From positions 32,001 through 96,000 of IMG/VR virus record IMGVR_UViG_3300042673_001035: a DNA stretch of 64,000 nucleotides; one strand, given 5' to 3'. A program made the position numbers and the translations under genes. The notes beneath the pieces were generated by a model. The model saw only the letters and a list, made by a program, of their open reading frames with translations, was not told the origin of the DNA and did not search any database. The DNA is from a virus. Each line of letters starts with the position of its first letter. The stretch's first letter is position 1. This document shows positions 19,784 to 28,705 of this stretch, in pieces.

Positions 19784-20809
19784 TTATTTAGTTTGTAGTT
19801 TCTTAATTTGTTCTTGTAGTTCTACTACCTTACGAGCAAGATACCCTTGATTTTGTGCATCCGTAGTTTGGCCTTGTTGTATTTGTTTTTCTACATTTGC
19901 TCTATCTTCTTTTGCCTTTCTCTCTATATCGGACAAACCTTTATCTAATTCTTTTTTAGCATCGTCTAAATCAGTCTTAATAGTATTAATAGGATTAGTT
20001 TCAACGGATACTAATGTACTACTTTCAGTACTCTTAACACTATGATTGTCTTCGTCACTATCGGACTCTGCAATAAGGTCTTTTTGAATTATACCATAGA
20101 TATTAGGAGTAGGTATTATGCCATCAAAGAAAGTACTCTTAATACGATTAAAATCTTTTCTGAGTAAATCTAATTGTTTATCTAACTCTATAAGAAAGGT
20201 TTGTAGTTTGAGTGGGTCGAAAATAGTTTTTTCTTGGTCGGTTACTGTTGCAATAGGTACAAACGTATAGTGAGGGTTTAATTGTTTATCTACCATTTTT
20301 TCATAGTCTACCACTTCAAACTTATCGGATGGTCGTTTACTTACCTTATCTAATGTATAATTAATTTGGTCTATTAACTTATTGGGTATACCTTCTGTTA
20401 ATCCGTTTTCTGCATCATCTATATAAGATACATCTACAACGCCTGCCTGTCTATTCTGTAAATCTCTACTATCTATACTCTTTTGTAGTTGGGTTACGTC
20501 CAATTCAATAATCTTAATTGTTTTACCCATACCCACTTCTTTATCCTTAACCATTATCTTACCATTCTCTACAATATCATAGTGTGGGTTCTTTGAGTCT
20601 TTTATATCGTTAAGTGTTTGTGGAGAACATAAATAATCTAAACCTATCTTTACTATAATACCATTTCCTTTAATAACTGGTTTAAGGTTTGCAAGTGGTG
20701 TACCAATAGGCAGGTATATAGGTTTAATATCGTTTGATGCAGATATCTTCCAATTCTTGCCATCGGTTGTATATCTTTCCGAATTTTGATTGATTAACTT
20801 AATACTCAT
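19784..20809 (-). CDS. Hypothetical protein with C-terminal coiled coil
   Basis: 341-aa ORF in an operon-like arrangement. Confidence 0.65.
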   Translation of the reverse strand: MSIKLINQNSERYTTDGKNWKISASNDIKPIYLPIGTPLANLKPVIKGNGIIVKIGLDYLCSPQTLNDIKDSKNPHYDIVENGKIMVKDKEVGMGKTIKIIELDVTQLQKSIDSRDLQNRQAGVVDVSYIDDAENGLTEGIPNKLIDQINYTLDKVSKRPSDKFEVVDYEKMVDKQLNPHYTFVPIATVTDQEKTIFDPLKLQTFLIELDKQLDLLRKDFNRIKSTFFDGIIPTPNIYGIIQKDLIAESDSDEDNHSVKSTESSTLVSVETNPINTIKTDLDDAKKELDKGLSDIERKAKEDRANVEKQIQQGQTTDAQNQGYLARKVVELQEQIKKLQTK

Positions 20810-21098
20810 TACTTATTTCTTTATATGCCTTTCTATATAACTTTAATTCATCCTTAATAGTAGTTTTACGATTTACTCTTATATCGTATATCGTTCTTTG
20901 TAGTTCTTTATACAATCCCATATAGATTGCATCTGTTATTATATAGTTAATAGTTAATTTTCTTTCATATTCTTTATACTCTTTCTTTTCAAATTCATCT
21001 CTTACTTCCTCTAATGGTTGCAAAGAAAAGATTTTTGCAACTCCAATAGATGTGCCAAACTCTTGTGCAGCTTTGTCAAAGACTTCTTCTTTTAACAT
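20799..21098 (-). CDS. Hypothetical protein
   Basis: 99-aa ORF overlapping the next start. Confidence 0.6.
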   Translation of the reverse strand: MLKEEVFDKAAQEFGTSIGVAKIFSLQPLEEVRDEFEKKEYKEYERKLTINYIITDAIYMGLYKELQRTIYDIRVNRKTTIKDELKLYRKAYKEISNEY

Positions 21099-21109
21099 AT
21101 AGAATAGAT

Positions 21110-21340
21110 TTAATAAGGTTTCTTTTTGGTTGGAATTGGTATAACTAATTTTTTTTGCATGATAGTAGACATGTGTGGAGTAAGATTGATGCCTACACCT
21201 CCGTCATTACCCCATCCCTGATTACCACAACGAGTTATAAAATCCTCATCACTCTCTCCTTCTAATCTTTCACACCTACCCTCTAACACTTTAACCAATA
21301 CCTCTTTTAACTTAATCATTTCTGAATGTTTATTGTACAC
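21110..21340 (-). CDS. Hypothetical protein
   Basis: 76-aa ORF preceded by ATATTTAT; start may be the internal MIKLK. Confidence 0.55.
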   Translation of the reverse strand: MYNKHSEMIKLKEVLVKVLEGRCERLEGESDEDFITRCGNQGWGNDGGVGINLTPHMSTIMQKKLVIPIPTKKKPY

Positions 21341-21523
21341 ATAAATATCTTAGATAAAAGAAATTCAGTTAAAGGGTATATGTGTGTATCATACATCATG
21401 TCAAAAAAGAGCTATAGGTAAAAAATTGGACCCCGGTATTCGCACGTATCCGACCCGGTTTTACAACTCGCGCTTTTTTTGAGCGACATGAAACTGTTAC
21501 TCGTTTCTCTCCAACCCCGCCAC

Positions 21524-21593
21524 AAAAAAATGAGCACAAAGAGACCGACAGCATTTACGCTATCGGTTCATCCTATGATTAGGAGCTCTTTGT
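21524..21593 (-). terminator. Branched (three-way junction) structure followed by a U-tract; terminator or structured RNA
   Basis: ACAAAGAG/CTCTTTGT closes two hairpins (TCCTA/TAGGA and ACCGATAGC/GCTGTCGGT), then GCTCA and T7. Confidence 0.6.
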
Positions 21594-21634
21594 AATTAAA
21601 ATAAAAATATGAAAACCAATGAAAACTTTTCTCT

Positions 21635-21847
21635 TTAAAATTGTCTACTTACCCACTTAGGATAATTACTATATTGTTGCATGAGTTCAGTTGCTCGATA
21701 ATCTTTCACTTCTACTCTACAACCTATATTCATCTCTTTGCACCAATGTTGAAAGTTCTCATCTGCTAATACCTTCTCTCTTTCTTTCTCTATACTATGT
21801 AATCTATCTATGTCTATACTATTGATTGTCTCTACTATTGTATTCAT
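21635..21847 (-). CDS. Hypothetical protein
   Basis: 70-aa ORF. Confidence 0.55.
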   Translation of the reverse strand: MNTIVETINSIDIDRLHSIEKEREKVLADENFQHWCKEMNIGCRVEVKDYRATELMQQYSNYPKWVSRQF

Positions 21848-21898
21848 ACTACTATGTTTTATAACTTAACTGAATTTATTTTTATTAAGATTGTCCGA

Positions 21899-22129
21899 TT
21901 AAGCTTTTGCTTTGGGTGGACTCTGCGTGAATAACTCTTTAAGGTATTCTTCCTCATCCTCCATTTGTTCAGCGGTCATCTCATTGTATCTATCTAACAA
22001 TGCAATTGCGGACCTGATTTCACTTAACTGCTCACTAGCAGCCCACTTCGGTTTGCCGTCTTGCAGACCTTTAATCTTCTTCATCAATACTATCTCGTCT
22101 TGTTTTAACTTCTTAATTGCGTAGTCCAT
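21899..22129 (-). CDS. Hypothetical protein
   Basis: 76-aa ORF. Confidence 0.6.
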   Translation of the reverse strand: MDYAIKKLKQDEIVLMKKIKGLQDGKPKWAASEQLSEIRSAIALLDRYNEMTAEQMEDEEEYLKELFTQSPPKAKA

Positions 22130-22535
22130 CTTTATACTTTTTATTTATCTTATCTTTAATTTGTTTCCACACTATCGGTGTATACTTATCTTCGTTTCTT
22201 CTTGCTTGTCTCTCATACGGGTTTCTACTATATGAACCGGGGTACTTATAGTATTTCGTTCTTATTGGTTGTAGTTGGTGTGTCCATTCGTGTATACACG
22301 TATTGATTAACTCTCTCACATCACTACATTGGTCCCAGTATATCCATACCTCATTGTCGTCCGCGTCATATGCACCACAATCGGTGTCATATCCTTTCAC
22401 TACGGACCAGATAGGGTCAAACTTCTTTCGTTTGTTTACTCCCATATTCGTGCGACACCATCTCAGGACCATATTTGCAATTCGCACTGCAGGTTCTCTA
22501 CCTAATTTTGTTATAGGCGTTTTTAAATATATCAT
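22113..22535 (-). CDS. Zincin-like metallopeptidase (HEXXH)
   Basis: IHEWTHQLQ and NPYERQAR; start moved to MIYLKTP because the track start overlaps a terminator. Confidence 0.7.
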   Translation of the reverse strand: MIYLKTPITKLGREPAVRIANMVLRWCRTNMGVNKRKKFDPIWSVVKGYDTDCGAYDADDNEVWIYWDQCSDVRELINTCIHEWTHQLQPIRTKYYKYPGSYSRNPYERQARRNEDKYTPIVWKQIKDKINKKYKDGLRN

Positions 22536-22555
22536 ATTCGTTTTAATATGGTTAT

Positions 22556-22586
22556 AAAAAAAGTGGTACTCTCGGGGTACCACTTT
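22556..22586 (-). terminator. Rho-independent terminator
   Basis: AAAGTGGTAC/GTACCACTTT stem with T7, downstream of the tRNA-like gene. Confidence 0.8.
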
Positions 22587-22665
22587 GTTAACTATCAAAG
22601 TTTTTCTTGTAAAGTAAATCGGAGAATAACCTATTTGTAAAGTAACCGAGATAACTTTGATATAG

Positions 22666-22764
22666 AGCGGTGAGCTAGATTTGAACTAACCCCTTTAGTC
22701 TGGATGACTATCGTGCAACCCATGGGCTTTTACGTCCGTGAGGTAACCATTACACTTTCACCGC
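22666..22764 (-). tRNA. tRNA-Gly(TCC)-like gene with 28-nt D-loop insertion
   Basis: Acceptor GCGGTGA/TCACCGC + T discriminator; D stem GTGT/GCAC; anticodon arm TAGT-CATCCAG-ACTA; T arm GTTAG-TTCAAAT-CTAGC. Confidence 0.7.
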
Positions 22765-22796
22765 TTCATTGGTACGAACTAATAGTCCGTACTAAA

Positions 22797-23120
22797 TTAT
22801 TTTACTTCAACAACTTCAGCTGAAGGTGTTTGTAAAGTATCAACTGTTTGTGTTGTAGTTGTATCTACTACTGCTGTTGTTGAATCAGTTGTTGCTTCAG
22901 TTGAAGCAGAACCACAACTAGCCAAACCTAATACTAATACTAAAGACATCGCACCTACTTTTGCTTTATTCAAAATAGATGATAATCTTTTTGCGTTGTA
23001 AAGAGCTTTAGTTGTATAAAAATCTCTCTTTTGTTCACTCAAAGTCGTACTCGCTTCGTTTAAGTTGTTTACTAATTCAGTTACTTGATAGTTCACTTTT
23101 GTTGCAATTTTCTTTGCCAT
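22797..23120 (-). CDS. Putative lipoprotein with Thr-rich tail
   Basis: Hydrophobic stretch + LASC lipobox-like motif followed by a T/S/D-rich linker. Confidence 0.6.
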   Translation of the reverse strand: MAKKIATKVNYQVTELVNNLNEASTTLSEQKRDFYTTKALYNAKRLSSILNKAKVGAMSLVLVLGLASCGSASTEATTDSTTAVVDTTTTQTVDTLQTPSAEVVEVK

Positions 23121-23230
23121 GTTATTTTTTTGCTTCCCATTAAGTTATTAATTGTTCAAACTCCATTGAGGCGGGTCGCTTTTACCTCAGCTTCGTTTGT
23201 ATCTTTATTGTGTTAATGTCTTTGTTATAT

Positions 23231-23262
23231 GTAATATACGACAAATATTTGACATTACCAAA
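23231..23262 (-). promoter_or_regulatory. Bacteroidota-type promoter
   Basis: TTTGGTAATGTCAAATATTTGTCGTATATTAC; nearly identical to 59265..59296. Confidence 0.75.
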
Positions 23263-23263
23263 T

Positions 23264-23524
23264 TTATTTTGCCCATTGGAATTGGATATTATCCACTCGG
23301 TCTAATTTCTTTTGCATTTTCATATACAATTCTGCAACTTCAAGGTTTCCTTTGTCGGATAATGTACCTGTGAAAAATTCTTGTAATACGATATTTAATG
23401 CTTTTTCTTTTGCTTCATATTCATATTGCATTGCTTCATCAAACATATCACTTATTAATTCTTGAATACGTGTTTGACTCAATTTGGAATAGTTTACTTT
23501 TTGTTTCTTTACTTTCTTACTCAT
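23264..23524 (-). CDS. Hypothetical protein
   Basis: 86-aa ORF with basic N-terminus. Confidence 0.6.
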   Translation of the reverse strand: MSKKVKKQKVNYSKLSQTRIQELISDMFDEAMQYEYEAKEKALNIVLQEFFTGTLSDKGNLEVAELYMKMQKKLDRVDNIQFQWAK

Positions 23525-23551
23525 TTTGTTTTATTTTGTTTTGTTTATAAT

Positions 23552-23935
23552 TTATTTTCTTTTAGCTACTACATTATTGATTGCAGTTCTTGATTTCGTA
23601 CGTTTATCTGAAAATTGATAAGCTAATTCATTACTTTCTTTTGATTTTCTCCAAGGTTTCTTACTAAGTCTATTGGTATTTAGGTATATACACAATGAAC
23701 CGATACCAGGTACATATTGCCTACCTGAATTGATTAAATAATTTTGTACCAATTGAAGTGTTGAATTTGAAAATTCCCTATCTTCTCTTAAAGCAGAGTT
23801 ATCATATATATTTGCAGTCTGCATGCAAAGATGATAGAAGTCTGTGTATTGTTTAGTATATTTATCTGTCCATGTATTTGGTGGCATTGTTTCACCAATA
23901 ATTTGTTTTACTTTTGTTGTTTTCACTTTACTCAT
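23552..23935 (-). CDS. Hypothetical protein
   Basis: 127-aa ORF with basic N-terminus. Confidence 0.6.
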   Translation of the reverse strand: MSKVKTTKVKQIIGETMPPNTWTDKYTKQYTDFYHLCMQTANIYDNSALREDREFSNSTLQLVQNYLINSGRQYVPGIGSLCIYLNTNRLSKKPWRKSKESNELAYQFSDKRTKSRTAINNVVAKRK

Positions 23936-23958
23936 TTTGTTTCTTTTTTATTTATTAA

Positions 23959-24357
23959 TTATTTATCGGTGTCCTCACCATTTGCGGTTGTTGATTCTAC
24001 ATTGATACTACCACCATTGTAGTATGTACTATAAGCGGTGTCCAATGACAATTTGTTTGAAACCAATGCACCCTCTAATGCATTAGTTGCAATCAATTCC
24101 TTTTTATCTTTCTTACTCAATACATTTTTTATCAATGAGGTTTCTAACTTATCCATTTTAGTTTCTACTTCAATCTCACCTACATACTTACGAACACTTT
24201 CTTCGTCAACAAAGATACGAGGTTTGTCCATCTTGGGACCTGATAACTCAATCACTTCGTAGATATGTTTACCATCACCGAAATTGAATTTCTTATTCTT
24301 CACTACAGCTTTATAACCTCTCTTACCTAGCTTAATTTCTTTTACTTTCTTATTCAT
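23959..24357 (-). CDS. Hypothetical protein
   Basis: 132-aa ORF; YEVIELSGP segment resembles YKVTGP in 25384..25650. Confidence 0.6.
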   Translation of the reverse strand: MNKKVKEIKLGKRGYKAVVKNKKFNFGDGKHIYEVIELSGPKMDKPRIFVDEESVRKYVGEIEVETKMDKLETSLIKNVLSKKDKKELIATNALEGALVSNKLSLDTAYSTYYNGGSINVESTTANGEDTDK

Positions 24358-24421
24358 ATATTATCTTTTAATGTTTTTAATTACTTCGTTCATTGGGTAC
24401 CAGGGTATTGACCTTTGCATA

Positions 24422-24739
24422 TTAATGTGTTGAATTTAATTCATAATGAAACTTTTGTAATTGTTTCGTTTCATATTCGTGAGCGGATTTCTTTCCTCTA
24501 ATTACTTTGAGGATAAACAAATCATAAACTGACTCACTATGTTCTCTCATATCGTTGTATAAGGACCAGTTTTTGTTTTCTTTTCTCGCTCGACTAAAGT
24601 GTTTTTGTAATCTTAATTTCGCAGAGTAGTGGAAACGTCTACCTATTGCGGCAGTAATACCAATATAACTCTTACCATTTTCAGTATTGACTATCTCATA
24701 TACTACATGGTTTCTATCGTTTCGTTTCTTTCGTACCAT
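24422..24739 (-). CDS. GIY-YIG-like nuclease domain protein
   Basis: VVYEIVNTENGKSYIGIT, conserved R (RLQKH), later E and terminal N. Confidence 0.7.
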   Translation of the reverse strand: MVRKKRNDRNHVVYEIVNTENGKSYIGITAAIGRRFHYSAKLRLQKHFSRARKENKNWSLYNDMREHSESVYDLFILKVIRGKKSAHEYETKQLQKFHYELNSTH

Positions 24740-24989
24740 TTCTTAATCTCTTTATCTATTGAAAAATTTGTTTCTTCTTTGTTCGTATATTGCACAATTA
24801 GTTTTTGTGGTTTCTTACGACAAAGATAAGTTTGTTTTTTCGATTTTAGTTTTTTAATTTTCCCTAATACAAATGCAAACCAAACTTTATCCGATTGGTG
24901 AACTTCAGGTAATACCTTCTCCCACACTTTTAATTGGTGGTTGATAAGGTGTAATGTTAAATGCTTACTCATATTCTATTTTATTTATT

Positions 24990-25382
24990 TTATTTTACTA
25001 TTGTACCATACCCACCTGAATTTGTGTTAGTTCTAAACCAACTCCAATCTTCATCACTATAAAACCTATCCCAATTCTCACCTTTCTCCAATCCCTTACG
25101 ACCATTGTATTTGATTACTTTGATATCTTTTAAATTCTTTCTAATCGTTGAATAGTATCCGTTTACTTTCACTTCATGCAATCTACCATCTTCTTTTAAC
25201 ATTAAACTAATGATTGTAGTCCATGCTGGTTTATTCATTAACTCCATTGCATTGTATAAATGTTTATATACTTTTGCAATCATTCTTTTGTTAATACTAT
25301 CATATCCTACTTTTGACTCCCATATTTCGTTTGGTGTATCAATTGGACTTTGTAAATGTGTTGGTGTTATATTCTTATTCAT
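24990..25382 (-). CDS. Hypothetical protein
   Basis: 130-aa ORF. Confidence 0.6.
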   Translation of the reverse strand: MNKNITPTHLQSPIDTPNEIWESKVGYDSINKRMIAKVYKHLYNAMELMNKPAWTTIISLMLKEDGRLHEVKVNGYYSTIRKNLKDIKVIKYNGRKGLEKGENWDRFYSDEDWSWFRTNTNSGGYGTIVK

Positions 25383-25383
25383 A

Positions 25384-25650
25384 TTATTGTATTATTTTAA
25401 TTGGTAATTTAATATTTTCTATTCTTTTGATTTCAGTAAACACATCAACGATATTCATTTTTGTATCGGTATGTTTTTTAACGAACTCACTCGCGTCCTT
25501 TCTATTACTGAAAAACTTTTTGATACCTTTAGGACCTGTTACTTTATATACTTCAAATTCAGCAGGTTTAAAGTTCTCACTTTTCATTCTCAATACTCTT
25601 TTGACTTTCTTTATAGAGTAGTTACTCTTTACATTTTCTTTACTTTTCAT
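25384..25650 (-). CDS. Hypothetical basic protein
   Basis: 88-aa ORF. Confidence 0.6.
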   Translation of the reverse strand: MKSKENVKSNYSIKKVKRVLRMKSENFKPAEFEVYKVTGPKGIKKFFSNRKDASEFVKKHTDTKMNIVDVFTEIKRIENIKLPIKIIQ

Positions 25651-25689
25651 ACTTTACTTTTTTAATGATTAAACAAAAATAGTGTTAGA

Positions 25690-26064
25690 TTAACCTAACA
25701 CTATATCAATAGCTCGTTTTGACAAACCTAAAGTTTGTTTCAACTCTTTACGACATTGACTAACAAACTTCTTTTCTACTTTACCCAATTTGATAGGATA
25801 AGATGAAATAATTTGTGAAATAGTCAAAGACTCTTTTTTCAACTCAGCGAAAAACTTCATCTGTTTTTTCACTTCGGTATTATTTTTACACACTACCTTA
25901 TGTGTACGACCCATAAAGTCTTTAAACTCAACAATACTATTCGGTTTTGTAGGTATGTTAAACTTACTAGCCGAAAAATTACGATATTGAGGTTTTTCGT
26001 TACGAGACGTATTATACGCGACTTCCGTATAAAAGTTAAATTCATTTGTCATTCTATTATTCAT
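25690..26064 (-). CDS. Hypothetical basic protein, first gene of a probable early operon
   Basis: 124-aa ORF directly downstream of a promoter and IHF-like array. Confidence 0.6.
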   Translation of the reverse strand: MNNRMTNEFNFYTEVAYNTSRNEKPQYRNFSASKFNIPTKPNSIVEFKDFMGRTHKVVCKNNTEVKKQMKFFAELKKESLTISQIISSYPIKLGKVEKKFVSQCRKELKQTLGLSKRAIDIVLG

Positions 26065-26077
26065 ATTACAATTTTTT

Positions 26078-26205
26078 ATATGTGATAGGTCATTCTCTCA
26101 ACCCAATACATAAAGATACGACTATTTAAGGTCCTGGCAATGGACTTTTGAAACTATTTTGAAAAGTTTTTATGGGCAATCAACCAGTTGCACATATATT
26201 TTTTT
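26078..26205. repeat. About 125-bp imperfect direct repeat (promoter module), copy 1
   Basis: Shares TCAACCCAATA, AAAGATACGAC, CTGGCAAT and exact TGAAACTATTTTGAAAAGTTTTTATGGGCAATCAAC with 48975..49100. Confidence 0.85.
26111..26141 (-). promoter_or_regulatory. Bacteroidota-type promoter
   Basis: Minus strand ATTG-N19-TATCTTTA; part of the repeat shared with 48.98-49.10 kb. Confidence 0.65.
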
Positions 26206-26425
26206 ACTATGTGTAAGTCATTAAGAATCAATCTGTTATAACTCATTGAAAATCAACCAGTTACGGGCCGGGATTTAACATAATATCAGTTATATGTCTT
26301 TTTGAGCATAACTCATTGATACTGAATAAGTTACTCATTTAACATAATATCTTATATAAGAACACTCTAATGCGTTGAAAATCAGTCAGTTATACCAACA
26401 TATTGATTATCAACGAGTTGCACAG
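26170..26425. promoter_or_regulatory. Array of 25-bp palindromes TAAnnnnTTGAnnnTCAAnnnnTTA (paired IHF-consensus sites)
   Basis: Copies near 26214, 26239, 26309, 26368, 26396; each half matches or approximates WATCAAnnnnTTR. Confidence 0.7.
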
Positions 26426-27017
26426 GTCAACCTTTAACTTTACTTTTCCGGGATTCGGTAAAGGGATTACTTTACTTTTTTAAATATATTTGACTAATAT
26501 CAGCAGGACCCGTGCAACCCTTGCCCACATTGAGTTTCAGAGGACGACTAAAATAAATTCACTTTACTAAACCCGTGCAATCCACTGCCAGTAAGGGTTT
26601 GACAGAATATTTTTCTACCAGGTCCGTGCTACAACAGAATATTTTTCGGTGTATTATTTCGTATGGAGAAAAAATCCGTTTCAATGTGTGAATGTGCAGG
26701 ATATATTGACTTTGTTTGATATACTTTTATTGATATGTTCGTTTATGTAGTGTGTAAGTATGTAAGTATTTTATTTTGATACATAAAAACTTTTGACACT
26801 CTTTAACACAATTTACCACTTTCACCCACAAATTAACACTGAATTATTTATTTTGATATACCATTGATTGATATACTAACTAAATAAATGTTTGTATTGT
26901 TTAAATATCTTTGAGGCTTTCTTTTTTCGTTTCACACCTACTATCTTTTTATCTTTAATTTGTACTATCTTGCCTGCTCGTATAGTTTCATTCTCTTTTA
27001 ATAATATCATATCTTAT

Positions 27018-27218
27018 TTACTTTCTCATTGTTATACTTCTAAAGTTACTTGCATCCTTTGTAAGTTCTCTTAACTCCTTCACTTCATATAGTACACATA
27101 CCATACCTATTATCGCAATACACATTAATATAAACGATATTCCCTCTAATATATCTTTTGTTTTTAGTTCGTTACTCATACTATTTTGTTTTTGTTTTAA
27201 TTCTACTCCAACTCTCAA
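27018..27218 (-). CDS. Small single-TM protein
   Basis: Hydrophobic helix ISFILMCIAIIGMVCVLY; likely start is MSNELK. Confidence 0.5.
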   Translation of the reverse strand: MRVGVELKQKQNSMSNELKTKDILEGISFILMCIAIIGMVCVLYEVKELRELTKDASNFRSITMRK

Positions 27219-27685
27219 TGATTAGTTCCCCTATAATCAATAATGCAAAGTAATCCTTTACAACAGGTACCTTATTCCAATCCTTTAATATAACTTGCCA
27301 AAAGATACTTACAATCAATATCAATTCAATTAGAACTATCCACTTATTAATTCCTTTCATATTATCTTATTGTTGCTCTATGTCTCTAAATCGTTTCAGT
27401 AATTGATTCTCTCGCTTATTGTAGTATTCCTCTAATCTTTCCTCTAATTCCTTTATTCTTTTCTTATCCTTTATATAGTTCTTATGTTGGTTATACATTA
27501 CTATTACACTTACTATCATTACTACTATTATTCCTATCATATTGTTTTATTTATTTCTTTTATTCTTTATATACACTCTTAACCATATCAGGTATACTAT
27601 CATTATACTGACTACATATAGTATTGTTTGTCTTATATACATTATTCTTAGCTGAATTTATTTTATCTCATTTTTCAAATTTGAA

Positions 27686-27907
27686 TTAGTTTATTATACA
27701 CTTACTACCTTCCCAAATAATTGTATCACTTTCACACGTTATGTGCCACTTATACCCTACTCCTTCAATCCAATCTTTTGTAGTCCTTAACTTTACATTG
27801 ACTTCTACTTCACTTGCGAGATACTCTACTTCATTAATCAGGACTCGCCAATGTAGTGTGTCAGTTTCTAAAGCTTTTGTATTATATCTTATATTTACTT
27901 TATTCAC
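27686..27907 (-). CDS. Hypothetical protein
   Basis: 73-aa beta-rich ORF. Confidence 0.6.
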   Translation of the reverse strand: MNKVNIRYNTKALETDTLHWRVLINEVEYLASEVEVNVKLRTTKDWIEGVGYKWHITCESDTIIWEGSKCIIN

Positions 27908-28110
27908 TATCTTTATTTATTGTTTCATTTGTCGCAAATAGAATAAATAAACAACCTAATCCTACTTCACCCATTAACATATACATTCCACCCAAAAAGA
28001 ATGCAGTCGGTGCGCATACTACATTCCAAATCCTTTTAATCTTTTCCATTTTACTATTGTTTTATTTGTTATTACTATCTTATTACTGTTTTTGACTTTG
28101 CATGACTATC

Positions 28111-28151
28111 AAAAAAATTTCCTTAAACGACTCACCCCCAACCCCCGCCCC
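28111..28151 (-). repeat. G-tract element G4-C-G5-TT-G5-TGAGTCGTTTAAGGAAATTTTTTT (copy 2, inverted)
   Basis: Intergenic; reverse-complement match to 18585..18628. Confidence 0.75.
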
Positions 28152-28177
28152 TTCGGTTCGTGGATCGTGGTTTCGTA

Positions 28178-28483
28178 TTAACCTAATGCAACTAATCTTA
28201 ATTTATCAATGAATATATCCATATTACGAATATCTAATAGGGTTATATAAAGTACATGTCCTGTACTACTTTGTAATTTGTATGTATTGGTATTCCATTC
28301 ATTCCTATTCAATGTAACTGTTATTGCGTATTTCATGTTAGATAATTCAAATTTGTATTGATATTCACTTTTACTATATGTAATATTATCAATACTAAAT
28401 TGTTCCTCAATTCTTGCAACATAAAAGTTTTTCTTACCCAATCCTTTATTGTTTAGTTTATTTAAGTTCTTAATCGTTAACAT
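28178..28483 (-). CDS. MLTIKN-family paralog
   Basis: MLTIKNLNKL...YKF...VTLNR...YKL pattern. Confidence 0.7.
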   Translation of the reverse strand: MLTIKNLNKLNNKGLGKKNFYVARIEEQFSIDNITYSKSEYQYKFELSNMKYAITVTLNRNEWNTNTYKLQSSTGHVLYITLLDIRNMDIFIDKLRLVALG

Positions 28484-28486
28484 ATA

Positions 28487-28705
28487 CTATCCTTTTATTT
28501 CAAATTCTTTATTGTAGATATTGTTTTCTTTTATCCATTCTATCGCATAGTTTATACCTATTCCCTTTTGATACATTCCTGCATCTTCTATCTTACTACC
28601 CTTATCCATCAATTCATCTGCCAATCCTTGTAATTGATTTAATTCCTTTCTTTCAATTGTTATAAATTGTTTAAAGTCTCCTATTAATTGATTTGTCTTG
28701 TCCAT
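28487..28705 (-). CDS. Hypothetical protein
   Basis: 72-aa ORF. Confidence 0.55.
   Translation of the reverse strand: MDKTNQLIGDFKQFITIERKELNQLQGLADELMDKGSKIEDAGMYQKGIGINYAIEWIKENNIYNKEFEIKG

Noticed and set aside
21536-21593. Three-way junction as a hammerhead ribozyme
   Set aside because: The CUGAnGA, GAAA and UH core nucleotides are absent from the junction on both strands
24703-24972. 89-aa ORF taken as a confident gene over its full length
   Set aside because: Its 3' half overlaps a perfect TATCTTTG promoter-like box (24821-24828) and the next gene start, so its boundaries and reality are uncertain
26170-26425. Repeated 25-bp units as a CRISPR array
   Set aside because: Units are degenerate palindromes with irregular spacing (0 to about 45 nt), no unique constant-length spacers, and no cas genes
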